A DNA stretch of 32,000 nt from Edaphobacter aggregans (GCF_003945235.1 NZ_RSDW01000001.1:2400001-2432000); one strand, 5' to 3'. Positions 18,956 through 28,681 are shown, counted from the stretch's first letter. Notes: generated from the sequence alone by a model not told the origin. A program made the numbers and translations.

Positions 18956-19342
18956 CTAGGCTTCGGGATGCTTAGCGGAGAAGATGTCGCCGAAGTGGTT
19001 TCGGTAGGCGTAGATGAGGAAGATCTCAAGCAGCGCCACGAAGATCGCCATACCGATGCCCTGCGGCAGCAAAGTGATGTGGAAGAGCAGGATGACAACG
19101 ATGATGGGGCCAAGGATGGTCAGGGCGATGCCTACGTAACGGCCGATCAGTAGGAGGGCGCCCGCGATGACGTAGAGAAGACCGATGAAGTTGAACCATC
19201 CGTGGGCGAACATGAGAGCCGACATGGCTCCGGCGTCGCCCGGCGGCGGTGTCATGGGGAAGAAGTGCAAGAACATATTGAGGCCGAAGACGGTGAATAT
19301 GAGACCGAGCAGGATGCGAGCGATAAGGACGGCGATCTTCAT
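18956..19342 (-). CDS. Small four-helix membrane protein, DoxX-like
   Basis: A 128-aa ORF with four hydrophobic segments. The N-terminus MKIAVLIARILLGLIFTVFGLNMF and ...GLLYVIAGALLLIGRY resemble DoxX-like proteins. The family call is tentative. Confidence 0.7.
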   Translation of the reverse strand: MKIAVLIARILLGLIFTVFGLNMFLHFFPMTPPPGDAGAMSALMFAHGWFNFIGLLYVIAGALLLIGRYVGIALTILGPIIVVILLFHITLLPQGIGMAIFVALLEIFLIYAYRNHFGDIFSAKHPEA

Positions 19343-19431
19343 TGAGCAAACTCTCCTCGATAAAAGAAGTGACTGCTGCGTTCTGAACTAGGAAACTTGC
19401 ACCTCCATATTAGATTGGGTAGCGTCAGCAT

Positions 19432-20235
19432 ATGGAAAATGTTTTGGATGCGGGCGTTGGCTTGTCACTTGCGGGACGGGTGGCGTTGATTACGGGTGGG
19501 TCGCGTGGAATTGGCGCGGCAGCAGTGACGATGTTTCGGCGGGCGGGGGCGCGGGTGGCGTTCAGCTATCGTGCTGCTGAAGATCGGGCGCGAGAGCTGG
19601 TCGCTGAGTGCGGCGGCGAGGCGGTATGCCGTGGGGTTCGGCAGGAGTTAGCTGCGCCGGAGGATGGTGCGGCTCTGGTTGCTGCGGCGGTGGCTGCGTT
19701 TGGGCGCGTGGATTGCCTGGTGGTGAATCATGGGGTGTGGCCTTCGCATGACGCGCCTATCGCGACGATGCCGACGGAACAGTGGCGGGGGACGCTGGGG
19801 ATCAATCTTGACAGCGCGTTTGGGCTGGTGCAGGCCGCGGTGGCTCAGATGCAGCGACAGAGCGCGAATGGCGGGGCCCGGGGGCATATTGTGCTGGTGA
19901 GTTCGACGGCGGGGCAACGGGGCGAGGCCTTCCATGTCGACTATGCGGCGAGCAAGGGCGCGCTGATCAGCCTGACGAAGAGTTTGTCGAGCGAGCTGGC
20001 TGGACAGGGGATCTATTGCAACTGCGTGGCTCCGGGGTGGGTGGAGACGGAGATGTCGGCCGCTGCCCTGAAGCATCCGGAGACGTCCAAGAAGGTACTG
20101 GCCACGATACCGCTGGGGCGCGCTGCCCGGGTGGAGGAGATTGCCGGACCTATATTATTTCTGTGCACGCCGTTGGCGGGGTTTGTCTCGGGTGAGATTT
20201 TCAACGTGAATGGCGGCGCTGTGCTGGTTGGTTGA
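19432..20235 (+). CDS. SDR family oxidoreductase (FabG-like)
   Basis: Rossmann motif LITGGSRGIGAA, NHG, and the catalytic S...YAASK motif are present, and the C-terminus ...GEIFNVNGGAVL is typical of classical SDRs. Confidence 0.9.
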   Translation: MENVLDAGVGLSLAGRVALITGGSRGIGAAAVTMFRRAGARVAFSYRAAEDRARELVAECGGEAVCRGVRQELAAPEDGAALVAAAVAAFGRVDCLVVNHGVWPSHDAPIATMPTEQWRGTLGINLDSAFGLVQAAVAQMQRQSANGGARGHIVLVSSTAGQRGEAFHVDYAASKGALISLTKSLSSELAGQGIYCNCVAPGWVETEMSAAALKHPETSKKVLATIPLGRAARVEEIAGPILFLCTPLAGFVSGEIFNVNGGAVLVG

Positions 20236-20245
20236 TGGAGTTGGA

Positions 20246-21094
20246 ATGAAGAGAATTGCTGTTTGCCTTGTGCTGATTGGCGTGATGGCTTCACCGCGGT
20301 TGTTTGCGCAGGCAAGCGATATTCCGAGTGCGGCACCGTCGCGGCCTGCGGGACTGACGCAGGAACAACTAGGGCGCAAACTGCTGGACGAGATGGTCGA
20401 GGCGCTGGGTGGACAGGCATGGCTCGATCGTAAGGACATGCAGGTCTGGGGCAGGACTGCGGCGTTCTTTCAGGGGCAGCCAAACCTCAACGTGGTTGAG
20501 TTCACGGGGTGGCGGCAGTTTCCGGACGCGACTCAGACGGGAGCCGAGCGCATCGGGTTCCTGACCGATAAGAGCATGATCCTTCCGGGCAAGAAGATTG
20601 ACGTGGTTCAGATATGGACTGCCGACAACGGCTACGAGGTGACGTACAAAGGCCGGACAACGCTACCGAAGGAACAGGTGGAGGATTACCTGCGCAGGCG
20701 AAATCATTCTATTGAGAGCGTTGTGCAGAATTGGCTGAAGGCTCCGGGGGTGATGGTCATCGCTGAGGGTACGGACATGGTGAATCGCAGGATGGTGGAC
20801 AAAGTCACGGTGCTCAGCGCGAACAATGACGCGGTAACGATCGACCTTGATTCCACGACTCACCTTCCGATGCGGCGCAAGTTCGAGTGGCGCAACGAGA
20901 CATTCAAGGACCATGACGAAGACGTTGAGGAGTACAGCGACTACCACACGATTCAAGGGCTGCCGACGGCGTTTACGATGACGCGGTATCACGATGGGGA
21001 GATAGCGAATCAGCGGTTTCTGACGAAGGTGCAGTACAACCAGGGGCTGTCGCCTGACCTGTTCAATCCGGACAGCCTGCTGAAGAAGAAGTAG
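20246..21094 (+). CDS. Secreted hypothetical protein
   Basis: ORF 20210..21094, trimmed to the ATG at 20246, which is preceded by GGAG. It has a signal peptide MKRIAVCLVLIGVMASPRLFAQ. I cannot assign a family with confidence; a LolA/lipoprotein-sorting-like fold is only a guess. Confidence 0.7.
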   Translation: MKRIAVCLVLIGVMASPRLFAQASDIPSAAPSRPAGLTQEQLGRKLLDEMVEALGGQAWLDRKDMQVWGRTAAFFQGQPNLNVVEFTGWRQFPDATQTGAERIGFLTDKSMILPGKKIDVVQIWTADNGYEVTYKGRTTLPKEQVEDYLRRRNHSIESVVQNWLKAPGVMVIAEGTDMVNRRMVDKVTVLSANNDAVTIDLDSTTHLPMRRKFEWRNETFKDHDEDVEEYSDYHTIQGLPTAFTMTRYHDGEIANQRFLTKVQYNQGLSPDLFNPDSLLKKK

Positions 21095-21119
21095 TCCGCG
21101 GTTTATACTCAGGGCTGCT

Positions 21120-21638
21120 ATGAGTGATATAGAACAGAGCCTTGAAGCCGCGCAGGAGTCTGCGCCGAAGCAGACAATGGACATCCTTGAAATCATGTCC
21201 ATCCTGCCCCACCGTTATCCGTTCCTGCTGATCGACCGCGTCGTCGAGATGGAGCGCAAGCAGCGCATCGTCGCCATCAAGAACGTGACGATGAACGAGC
21301 CGCACTTTCAGGGACACTTTCCTGACTATCCGATCATGCCGGGCGTGCTGATGGTCGAGGCGATTGCGCAGACTGGCGGTGCTCTTCTGCTGACCGAGAT
21401 TCCTGACCGCGATTCAAAGCTGATGGTCTTTACGGGAATCGAGAATGCGCGGTTTCGGCGTCCTGTGACTCCGGGGGATCAACTCCGCATCGAGGTGACG
21501 GTGTTGAACTGGCGTAGCCGTGCGGTAAGGATGCAGGGCAACATCACGGTTGACGGCAAATTGGTGTGTGACGCGATTGTGATGTGCCAGGTGGTGCCGC
21601 GTGCTGCGAAGAAGGCCGCAGAGGTACCGGCTGAGTGA
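21120..21638 (+). CDS. fabZ: 3-hydroxyacyl-ACP dehydratase FabZ
   Basis: LPHRYPFLLIDRV, HFPDYPIMPGVLMVEAIAQ and ...FRRPVTPGDQL are hallmark FabZ motifs. The start may instead be the internal ATG at 21177. Confidence 0.95.
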   Translation: MSDIEQSLEAAQESAPKQTMDILEIMSILPHRYPFLLIDRVVEMERKQRIVAIKNVTMNEPHFQGHFPDYPIMPGVLMVEAIAQTGGALLLTEIPDRDSKLMVFTGIENARFRRPVTPGDQLRIEVTVLNWRSRAVRMQGNITVDGKLVCDAIVMCQVVPRAAKKAAEVPAE

Positions 21639-22420
21639 GCATCCATCCGACAGCGATCGTCGCGGAGGGCGCTCAGATTCCGGTGAGTTGCACGGTGGGG
21701 CCGTACTGCACGATCGGCGCGAACGTTGTGCTGGGGGAGGACTGTGAGCTGATCTCCCACGTTGTGCTGGATGGGCACCTGACGATGGGCAGCAAGAACC
21801 GCGTCTATCCGTTCGCCTGCCTGGGAGTCGCACCGCAGGATTTGAAGTACGCTGGTGAGCCGACACGGCTGGAGATTGGCGATGGGAATACGATTCGCGA
21901 GTATGTCACGATCTCGCGGGGGACGGTGGGCGGCGGCGGCGTAACGAGTGTGGGATCGGGCTGCCTGATCATGGCCTACACGCATATTGGCCACGACTCT
22001 TCTATTGGGAACGGATGCATTCTGGCGAACTCGGCGACGCTGGCTGGGCATGTCATTGTCGAAGATTATGCCGTGGTGGGCGCGCTGTGCCCGGTGCACC
22101 AGTTCTGCAGGATTGGCAAATACTCCTACATCGGCGGGGGCACGACGATCACGCAGAATGTTCTGCCGTACTCGCTGACTTCGATTGAACGCAATAATCA
22201 TGCGTATGGTTTGAATAAGGTGGGGCTGGAGCGGCGCGGGTTCACGCCGGAGCAGATGAAGGAGTTGCGCGCGGCGTATCGGCTACTGCTGGCGTCGAAG
22301 ATGAATACGACGCAGGCACTGGAGGCGATGCGGGAGACAATCGCTGCTGGCAATGCCGGCGAGCATGTTGCTTATCTTGCCGACTTCATCGCCAACAGCG
22401 AACGCGGGGTTATCAAATAG
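21635..22420 (+). CDS. lpxA: Acyl-ACP--UDP-N-acetylglucosamine O-acyltransferase LpxA
   Basis: The GTG start overlaps the fabZ stop (GTGA). IHPTAIVAEGAQI is followed by hexapeptide repeats, and the C-terminal helical domain is present (GLNKVGLERRGFTPEQMKELRAAYRLL). Confidence 0.95.
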   Translation: MSIHPTAIVAEGAQIPVSCTVGPYCTIGANVVLGEDCELISHVVLDGHLTMGSKNRVYPFACLGVAPQDLKYAGEPTRLEIGDGNTIREYVTISRGTVGGGGVTSVGSGCLIMAYTHIGHDSSIGNGCILANSATLAGHVIVEDYAVVGALCPVHQFCRIGKYSYIGGGTTITQNVLPYSLTSIERNNHAYGLNKVGLERRGFTPEQMKELRAAYRLLLASKMNTTQALEAMRETIAAGNAGEHVAYLADFIANSERGVIK

Positions 22421-22435
22421 ACGTGATAATTCGGG

Positions 22436-24175
22436 TCATCTTGCGTTAGGCAACAGGCCCTTTTCGACGAGTACTGGTGGCCTGCGGTGCTGGGTGGCCT
22501 GCTCATACGCGTAGGCCCAACTGAGCAGGTCGCCGTCTTTCCATGGCCGGGCTGACAGTTCGAGACCGAATGGCAGGCCATCGGGATAGAAACCGCCCGG
22601 AACGACAACTGCGGGCACGCCGATCATGTTCACCCATCCGGTTGCACTGTGTGGGCCTTCGCTTATCTTTCCGTTCTGGGGCATGGTCTCATCGGGCGGA
22701 GGCATCTGCGTTGCTGGGTAGACGAATCCGTCGAGGTGCAGCCGGTCCAATGTTTCGTTGTATGCGTCGAGCGCCCTTTTACGGGGGCCAAAGAAGTTGG
22801 CTTCGGCCTGCGGATCAGTCTCGATCAGGGCTTGTGGCAAAGATCGTCTGCCCTCTGGGTTTGTTGAACTTACGCCACCAATGATGGTGTGCGGCAGAGG
22901 AGAGCCAACGGCCTTCTCGTACTCTTCTGCTGAGTGGTATTGGGCGGGGCCATACCCCGCGAGAAACTTTTCCGTTCCTTCGCGGACGTATGGAAATGTG
23001 CCGACGCGAGCCACAGTCACAGCAAAACTGTCGGGGAGGATGGAATCGTCGAAGATGACGGTCGCACCGGCGGCGCGGAGGCCTTCGATGGCTTTCATAA
23101 AGGCAGCGCGTGTCTCTGGCCTTAGTAGCTCACGGGAGTCCTCGGTATCCTGCGCGACCTCACTCGGCGACGCAGCCGCTGGAATGCCTTGAAATGGAAT
23201 TCCTGCCCCGCTAAGGATGAAAGCCGGCACGCCGAAGCGTTTTCCTTTGAGTGCATCTGGCTTGAGGTACTGCGTGTATGGACCGTGCTGGGCCTGGGCA
23301 GCGGAACCGATCGTTCGGGGATCGTGAGGATCTTCTCCGGCCATGACGTCAAGCGCAATGGTGGCGTCGGTCACAGTGCGGGCGATTGGACCTGTGTTGT
23401 CGAGCAGCCAGTCAAGCGGCGCAATGCCAGCGATGCTCACCAGGCCGCGCGTTGGAAAGACGCCGACAACAGAACTGGTGGCGGACGGCATGCGAATCGA
23501 GTTGCCAGTGTCGGTTCCATTGCCGAGCACTGCGAAATTTGAGGTGACGGCGGTGACGGTGCCTCCAGACGAACCACCGGGGCTGAAGCGCACATCGTAA
23601 GCATTTCCTGTGCGTCCGTACGCGGTACTGCGATTAGTATCGCTTGCGGCGAAGTCCGGCATGTTCGTCTGCCCGAGAATGACAGCTCCTGCAGCACGCA
23701 GTTTGGTGATGATCGTCGCATCCTTGGGAGCGACCAGCTCATGGCCGGGAATGAGGTAGCCTTTCCATCCATCCGTCGTGACGAGACCCTTGATGCTGGT
23801 GTTTGCCTTTGTCACGATCGGAACGCCCCACATGGGTCCGGGCACAAAATTGCTGCCACCCGCTTTTGCCTCTGCGTCCTCGCGGGCAGCGGTGGCGAGA
23901 GCTCCCTGTACATCCAGATTCTGCACGGCGCGATAGATTCCGTTGTATCTTTCGATGCGCGCGATATGCCAGCGCACGACTTCGGTAACGGTGTATTTAT
24001 GCCTACGGTATAACTGTTCGAGTTGTGGGATGGTGACTTCAAGCAGATCGCGATCCATCGCCTCCTGGGAAGCGCTCGCTGTGGTTGATGGAACTGTGGT
24101 CTGCGCGTATAGGCAGCCGGTTGCGAAGCTGGAAAGCACAAGGAGGAGACACCAGAAACTGGCTCGGATCTTCAT
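22436..24175 (-). CDS. Secreted amidase (amidase-signature family)
   Basis: ORF 22436..24256, trimmed to the ATG at 24175 (MKIRASFWCLLLVLSSFATGCLYAQ signal peptide). The AS-family core is present: ...GGSSGGTVTAVTSNFAVLGNGTDTGNSIRMPS... . Confidence 0.9.
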   Translation of the reverse strand: MKIRASFWCLLLVLSSFATGCLYAQTTVPSTTASASQEAMDRDLLEVTIPQLEQLYRRHKYTVTEVVRWHIARIERYNGIYRAVQNLDVQGALATAAREDAEAKAGGSNFVPGPMWGVPIVTKANTSIKGLVTTDGWKGYLIPGHELVAPKDATIITKLRAAGAVILGQTNMPDFAASDTNRSTAYGRTGNAYDVRFSPGGSSGGTVTAVTSNFAVLGNGTDTGNSIRMPSATSSVVGVFPTRGLVSIAGIAPLDWLLDNTGPIARTVTDATIALDVMAGEDPHDPRTIGSAAQAQHGPYTQYLKPDALKGKRFGVPAFILSGAGIPFQGIPAAASPSEVAQDTEDSRELLRPETRAAFMKAIEGLRAAGATVIFDDSILPDSFAVTVARVGTFPYVREGTEKFLAGYGPAQYHSAEEYEKAVGSPLPHTIIGGVSSTNPEGRRSLPQALIETDPQAEANFFGPRKRALDAYNETLDRLHLDGFVYPATQMPPPDETMPQNGKISEGPHSATGWVNMIGVPAVVVPGGFYPDGLPFGLELSARPWKDGDLLSWAYAYEQATQHRRPPVLVEKGLLPNAR

Positions 24176-24341
24176 GAGGGCCCTCTGAAATGGAGTGATG
24201 CTTTGATAAGAACATACAGATGCTCCTGTGCCCGGAGAATAATGACGGTCAATCAAAGGACAAGTCTGGCATATTAGAGTTGCATGTTGCCAGCGGATCA
24301 GTGCCTACTGTGGTGATTGAAGCGTCGTGTTGAAAGGCAGC

Positions 24342-25691
24342 ATGAATTCACGTATGCAGGTAACGAAGGTGCCCCCCGCTGCGAACGACCGCATTGAAGC
24401 CGCGGACGGCTATACGACCGCGAGTCTTCGTAAACGCTGGTTGTATCTTCTGCCGGCCGTGTTCGTAACCTATAGCCTCGCTTATCTGGACCGGGCGAAC
24501 TACGGCTTTGGCGCCGCGGCAGGGCTGGCAACCACGCTGCACATCACCGATAAACAGGCATCTCTCCTCGGCAGCTTATTCTTTCTCGGTTACTTCGCCT
24601 TTCAGGTACCGGGAGCGTCGTTTGCAAGGAAGCGCAGCGCGAGCCGCCTCGTCTTCTTCGCTCTCATTGTGTGGGGTTCCCTTGCCGCGCTCACGGGTGT
24701 TGTTCGGACCTTCTGGTTGCTTGCCCTTGTGCGCCTTCTGCTCGGCATAGCGGAAAGTCTGATCTTTCCGGCCATGCTGCTTCTGCTGACGCGATGGTTT
24801 ACGCGTGCCGAGCGGTCGCGCGCCAATTCGATTCTGATTCTAGGCAATCCGGTTACGGTGCTTTGGATGTCCGCGATCACCGGTTACCTCATTCAAGGGT
24901 TCGGATGGCAAAAAACATTCATCATCGAGGGTGTCCCGTCCATTTTGTGGGCCGTGGTTTGGATACTCTTCGTGAAGGACAAGCCCTCTGAGGCCAGGTG
25001 GATGACGCCGGGCGCGAAGGAGTTTCTCGAGAGGCAACTCGCACAGGAACAGCTTACTGTTGCTCCCGTACCAGCCGTACGGATCGCGCTGTTGCGCAGC
25101 GATGTGCTCCTGCTCTCTGCGCAGTATTTTTTCTGGAGCCTTGGTGTCTACGGATTTGTGCTCTGGCTGCCGACGATCGTGCGACAAGGGAGCGCCTTCG
25201 CGATGGGTAAGACAGGGCTACTCTCTGCTCTGCCGTATCTGGCAGCAATTATCCTTATGCTGCTGGTGTCGCAGATCTCTGACAAAACCCTCAAGCGGCA
25301 ATCCCTGGTGTGGCCATTTCTACTGATATCGGGAATCGCGCTGCTCGGTTCGTTTTTGTTTGCGCAGAAGAGTTTTACCATCGCGTTTATTTGTCTTATC
25401 GTGGGAGGCGGTTGTATGTATGCGCCCTATGGTCCGTTCTTCGCCATCGTACCGGAACGCGTACCGCGTAATGTAACGGCTGAGGTGCTTGCGCTGATCA
25501 ACAGTTGTGGCGCCCTGGGAGGTTTCTTTGGCAGCTACTTCGTCGGCTTTCTTCAGGCGGTCACAGGGAACTCGCGCGCTGGATATTTGCTTATGGCGCT
25601 CTCGTTGGTATTCTCTGCAGTGCTTCTGCTCTGCCTGCGTCCTGCACCAAGCGTCTCAACGCTACAACATGTTCGACCTGAGATTTCATAG
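24342..25691 (+). CDS. MFS transporter (anion:cation symporter/sugar-acid type)
   Basis: Twelve predicted TM segments. YLDRANYGFGAAAGL and the ...LLLTRWFTRAERSRANS loop motif are typical of ACS-family hexuronate/aldonate transporters. I prefer the ATG at 24342 over the GTG at 24327. Confidence 0.9.
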   Translation: MNSRMQVTKVPPAANDRIEAADGYTTASLRKRWLYLLPAVFVTYSLAYLDRANYGFGAAAGLATTLHITDKQASLLGSLFFLGYFAFQVPGASFARKRSASRLVFFALIVWGSLAALTGVVRTFWLLALVRLLLGIAESLIFPAMLLLLTRWFTRAERSRANSILILGNPVTVLWMSAITGYLIQGFGWQKTFIIEGVPSILWAVVWILFVKDKPSEARWMTPGAKEFLERQLAQEQLTVAPVPAVRIALLRSDVLLLSAQYFFWSLGVYGFVLWLPTIVRQGSAFAMGKTGLLSALPYLAAIILMLLVSQISDKTLKRQSLVWPFLLISGIALLGSFLFAQKSFTIAFICLIVGGGCMYAPYGPFFAIVPERVPRNVTAEVLALINSCGALGGFFGSYFVGFLQAVTGNSRAGYLLMALSLVFSAVLLLCLRPAPSVSTLQHVRPEIS

Positions 25692-25697
25692 CGAGGT

Positions 25698-27734
25698 ATG
25701 ACAATCAATCCAAAGAGCTCGGTTACTGCAGCACAGGTGTTTGAGAGTGAAGCCTCAGTGTTTCGCGAGACAAAGACGCATGCGCCGGGTCCTGAAGGGA
25801 CGCTGCCAATCACTCCGGAGATGTTGTTGACCCAGCCTTCCGGCAATCTCTTTGGGCTCTCGCAGAACGCTGGAATGGGATGGGAAGCTGCGCGCTTGCT
25901 TGATCCTGAATTTTTGATCCTTAGTACGCACGGAGGGATGCGCGCACAGGACGGAACACCCATCGCACTTGGTTTTCATACTGGTCACTGGGAGGTTGGG
26001 TTGCTGGTGGCCGAGGCTGCACGTGAGCTTCGTAACCGCCATGCCGTACCGTTTGCCGGAGCCTGCACCGATCCCTGCGACGGCCGCACACAAGGCACGG
26101 ATGGGATGCTGGACTCGCTACCTTATCGCAATGATGCCGCCATCGTTCTGAGGAGGCTTATGCGTTCGCTTCCGACACGCAAAGGCGTGATCGGCGTGGC
26201 GACGTGCGACAAAGGTCTGCCCGCAATGATGATGGCGCTTGCGTCGTCCGGGGCGCTCCCAAGTATTCTCGTCCCGGGTGGAGTCACTCTTCTCCCCGAA
26301 AACGGCGAGGATGCAGGCAAAGTGCAAACCATCGGCGCTCGGTATGCACAGAATCAGATCACGCTTGAGTATGCTGCGGAGGTGGGCTGCCGAGCATGTG
26401 CGACACCAGGTGGTGGCTGTCAGTTTCTCGGCACGGCTGCCACATCTCAGGTTGTCGCTGAGGCGCTGGGACTATCGCTGCCACATGCCGCGCTTGCTCC
26501 GTCGGGTCAGCCCATCTGGCTGGATGCAGCCCTGCGTTCCTCTCGCGCCATCCTGAGAATGGTTCACCTCGGCATAGGAACGTGCGATGTGCTCACGGAT
26601 GTCGCTATTCGCAATGCCATGGTGCTCCATGCGGCCTTCGGCGGATCGACGAATTTGCTGTTGCATGTTCCTGCCATTGCGCACGCAGCCGGACTGCGAC
26701 GGCCGTCAGCATCAGACTGGGCCTCGATCAATCGTGCTGTTCCCAGGCTTGTAGATGCTCTTCCGAATGGACCGAACAACTTCGCTACCGTTCAGGTGTT
26801 TCTGGCCGGCGGCGTACCGGAAGTTATGTTGCATCTGCGTCGAGCTGGGTTGCTGGATTGCACTGTACGCACAGTCACCGGAGAAACTCTCGACGAAAAC
26901 CTCAATTGGTGGGAGCAGAGTGAACGACGTAGAGCACTGAAGGAAAGGCTTCTCGCGCTGGATAATGTTGATGCCAACGATGTGATTCTTTCCCCGGATC
27001 GCGCGCGGGGGAGAGGCCTATCCGCGACAGTCTGCTTCCCTGTTGGCAATCTGGCTCCAGATGGATGCGTCATCAAGAGCACATCCATTGATCCTTCTCT
27101 TATCGATCAAGACAACGTTTATCGCCATACCGGACCCGCCCGCGTTTTTATTACCGAAGCAGCGGCGATTGACGCTATCAAACGGGGAGTGATATCGCAT
27201 GGAGACGTGGTCGTGCTCATTTGCGGTGGACCGGCTGGTGGCGGAATGCAAGAGATCTATCAAGTCACTTCGGCACTGAAGAATCTCCCTTTCTGCAAAC
27301 ATGTGGCCGTACTTACGGATGCTCGGTTCAGCGGAGTCTCGACAGGTGCTTGCCTCGGCCATATCTCGCCGGAGGCGCTTGCTGACGGCCCAATAGGTCG
27401 CGTACGTGAGGGGGACATGATCGAAATTGTGGTTGATCGAGCTGGTCTGCGCGGCACTGTCAACTTGATCGGCGAAGGTAACAATCTTTTCTCTCCTGAA
27501 GAGGGGGGGCGCCGTCTCGCTTCTCGTGCACCGCGTGAAGACCTTGCGCCTCATCCTGCGCTGCCTGACGATACACGTCTCTGGGCCGCACTCGTTCAAG
27601 CGAGCGGAGGTGTCTGGGGAGGCTGCGTCTATGATGTGGATGCCATCGTCGCGCAGCTTGCTCGAGGTGCAATCAAGATAGACCAGCAGCCTCTTCAACC
27701 AGAACCTGCAGATTCAGAAAAGGTGATCCGTTGA
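25698..27734 (+). CDS. YjhG/YagF-family pentonate (D-xylonate) dehydratase, IlvD/Edd superfamily
   Basis: It matches the E. coli YjhG/YagF sequences as I recall them along the whole length: [118 protein letters not shown]. Confidence 0.93.
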   Translation: MTINPKSSVTAAQVFESEASVFRETKTHAPGPEGTLPITPEMLLTQPSGNLFGLSQNAGMGWEAARLLDPEFLILSTHGGMRAQDGTPIALGFHTGHWEVGLLVAEAARELRNRHAVPFAGACTDPCDGRTQGTDGMLDSLPYRNDAAIVLRRLMRSLPTRKGVIGVATCDKGLPAMMMALASSGALPSILVPGGVTLLPENGEDAGKVQTIGARYAQNQITLEYAAEVGCRACATPGGGCQFLGTAATSQVVAEALGLSLPHAALAPSGQPIWLDAALRSSRAILRMVHLGIGTCDVLTDVAIRNAMVLHAAFGGSTNLLLHVPAIAHAAGLRRPSASDWASINRAVPRLVDALPNGPNNFATVQVFLAGGVPEVMLHLRRAGLLDCTVRTVTGETLDENLNWWEQSERRRALKERLLALDNVDANDVILSPDRARGRGLSATVCFPVGNLAPDGCVIKSTSIDPSLIDQDNVYRHTGPARVFITEAAAIDAIKRGVISHGDVVVLICGGPAGGGMQEIYQVTSALKNLPFCKHVAVLTDARFSGVSTGACLGHISPEALADGPIGRVREGDMIEIVVDRAGLRGTVNLIGEGNNLFSPEEGGRRLASRAPREDLAPHPALPDDTRLWAALVQASGGVWGGCVYDVDAIVAQLARGAIKIDQQPLQPEPADSEKVIR

Positions 27735-28555
27735 AACTCTACCGTACAGCTCATGGCATCTTCGTTGAAGCGAACGGCAACTTCTACCCTGTAGATGCGT
27801 CGGACTGGGACGAGCTCATTAGCAGCGTCGAGCTACACGCGCGCGTCGTCACTGCGATCGGTACCGAGGCAGTAAAGACCTTTGACCCCACTGCTATTCT
27901 CGCGCCAGTTGTGAGCCAGGAGGTTTGGGCAGCTGGTGTCACGTACTATCGCAGTCGGAATGCGCGTATAGAAGAGTCCAAAGATGCTGGAGGCGGTAAT
28001 TTTTATGATCGCGTTTACTCTGCCGAAAGGCCTGAGCTTTTCTTCAAAGCTACGGGACGCCGCGTCGTCGGACACCATGGCGCCGTGCGTATCCGATCGG
28101 ATGCCAAATGGTCTGTGCCTGAGCCGGAGCTGACTCTGTTGATTAACCCCGCCGGAGCAATTGTGGGATACACCATCGGCAACGATATGAGCTCACGCGA
28201 TATCGAAGGGGAAAATCCTCTCTATCTGCCACAGGCGAAGATCTATGATGGCAGCTGTGCGCTAGGTCCTTGCGTTCTTCTTTCAACCGAGCCGATGACG
28301 AAAACAACCGCTATCAGGTTAGAGATCATGCGGCATGGCAAAACCGTTTACACCGGGAGCACGACTTTAGCAGAACTTAAACGCGAGCCACAGGAATTGG
28401 TCAGGTTTCTCTTTGGCGACAATAGCTTTCCCCAAGGCGTGTTTCTCATGACAGGGACGGGCGTCGTTCCCGCGGATGACTTCACGCTCACAAGCGGAGA
28501 CATTGTCTGTATCAATATTGATGGAATCGGAACGCTTGAGAATTACGTCGCATAG
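27731..28555 (+). CDS. Fumarylacetoacetate hydrolase family protein, KdaD-like 2-keto-3-deoxy-pentonate dehydratase
   Basis: The TTG start overlaps the dehydratase stop (TTGA). Motifs include [67 protein letters not shown] and GTGVVP, as in the 2-keto-3-deoxy-D-arabinonate dehydratase (KdaD) branch of the FAH family, by recollection. Confidence 0.85.
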   Translation: MKLYRTAHGIFVEANGNFYPVDASDWDELISSVELHARVVTAIGTEAVKTFDPTAILAPVVSQEVWAAGVTYYRSRNARIEESKDAGGGNFYDRVYSAERPELFFKATGRRVVGHHGAVRIRSDAKWSVPEPELTLLINPAGAIVGYTIGNDMSSRDIEGENPLYLPQAKIYDGSCALGPCVLLSTEPMTKTTAIRLEIMRHGKTVYTGSTTLAELKREPQELVRFLFGDNSFPQGVFLMTGTGVVPADDFTLTSGDIVCINIDGIGTLENYVA

Positions 28556-28652
28556 TGCTGTTTGGGTCTGACCTGCCGCAACGCTTCGGGCGAAGACACA
28601 AGACCGTATCCATTGGTGCGAAGTTCGCTACAATTCCGTGGCAATTTTCACA

Positions 28653-28681
28653 TTGACAGAGCTACATAAGGGTTAGACAAT
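28653..28681 (+). promoter_or_regulatory. Candidate sigma-70-type promoter TTGACA-N17-GACAAT
   Basis: TTGACA lies at 28653-28658 and GACAAT at 28676-28681, in a locally AT-rich stretch about 155 nt upstream of the 28837 start. There is no experimental or comparative support. Confidence 0.3.

Noticed and set aside
24267-24284. A sigma-54-like motif, TGGCAT-ATTAGAG-TTGCA, upstream of the MFS/pentonate operon.
   Set aside because: Both half-sites look good, but the spacer is 7 nt (GG-N12-GC) instead of the strictly required 5 nt (GG-N10-GC). No enhancer-binding protein gene is nearby.
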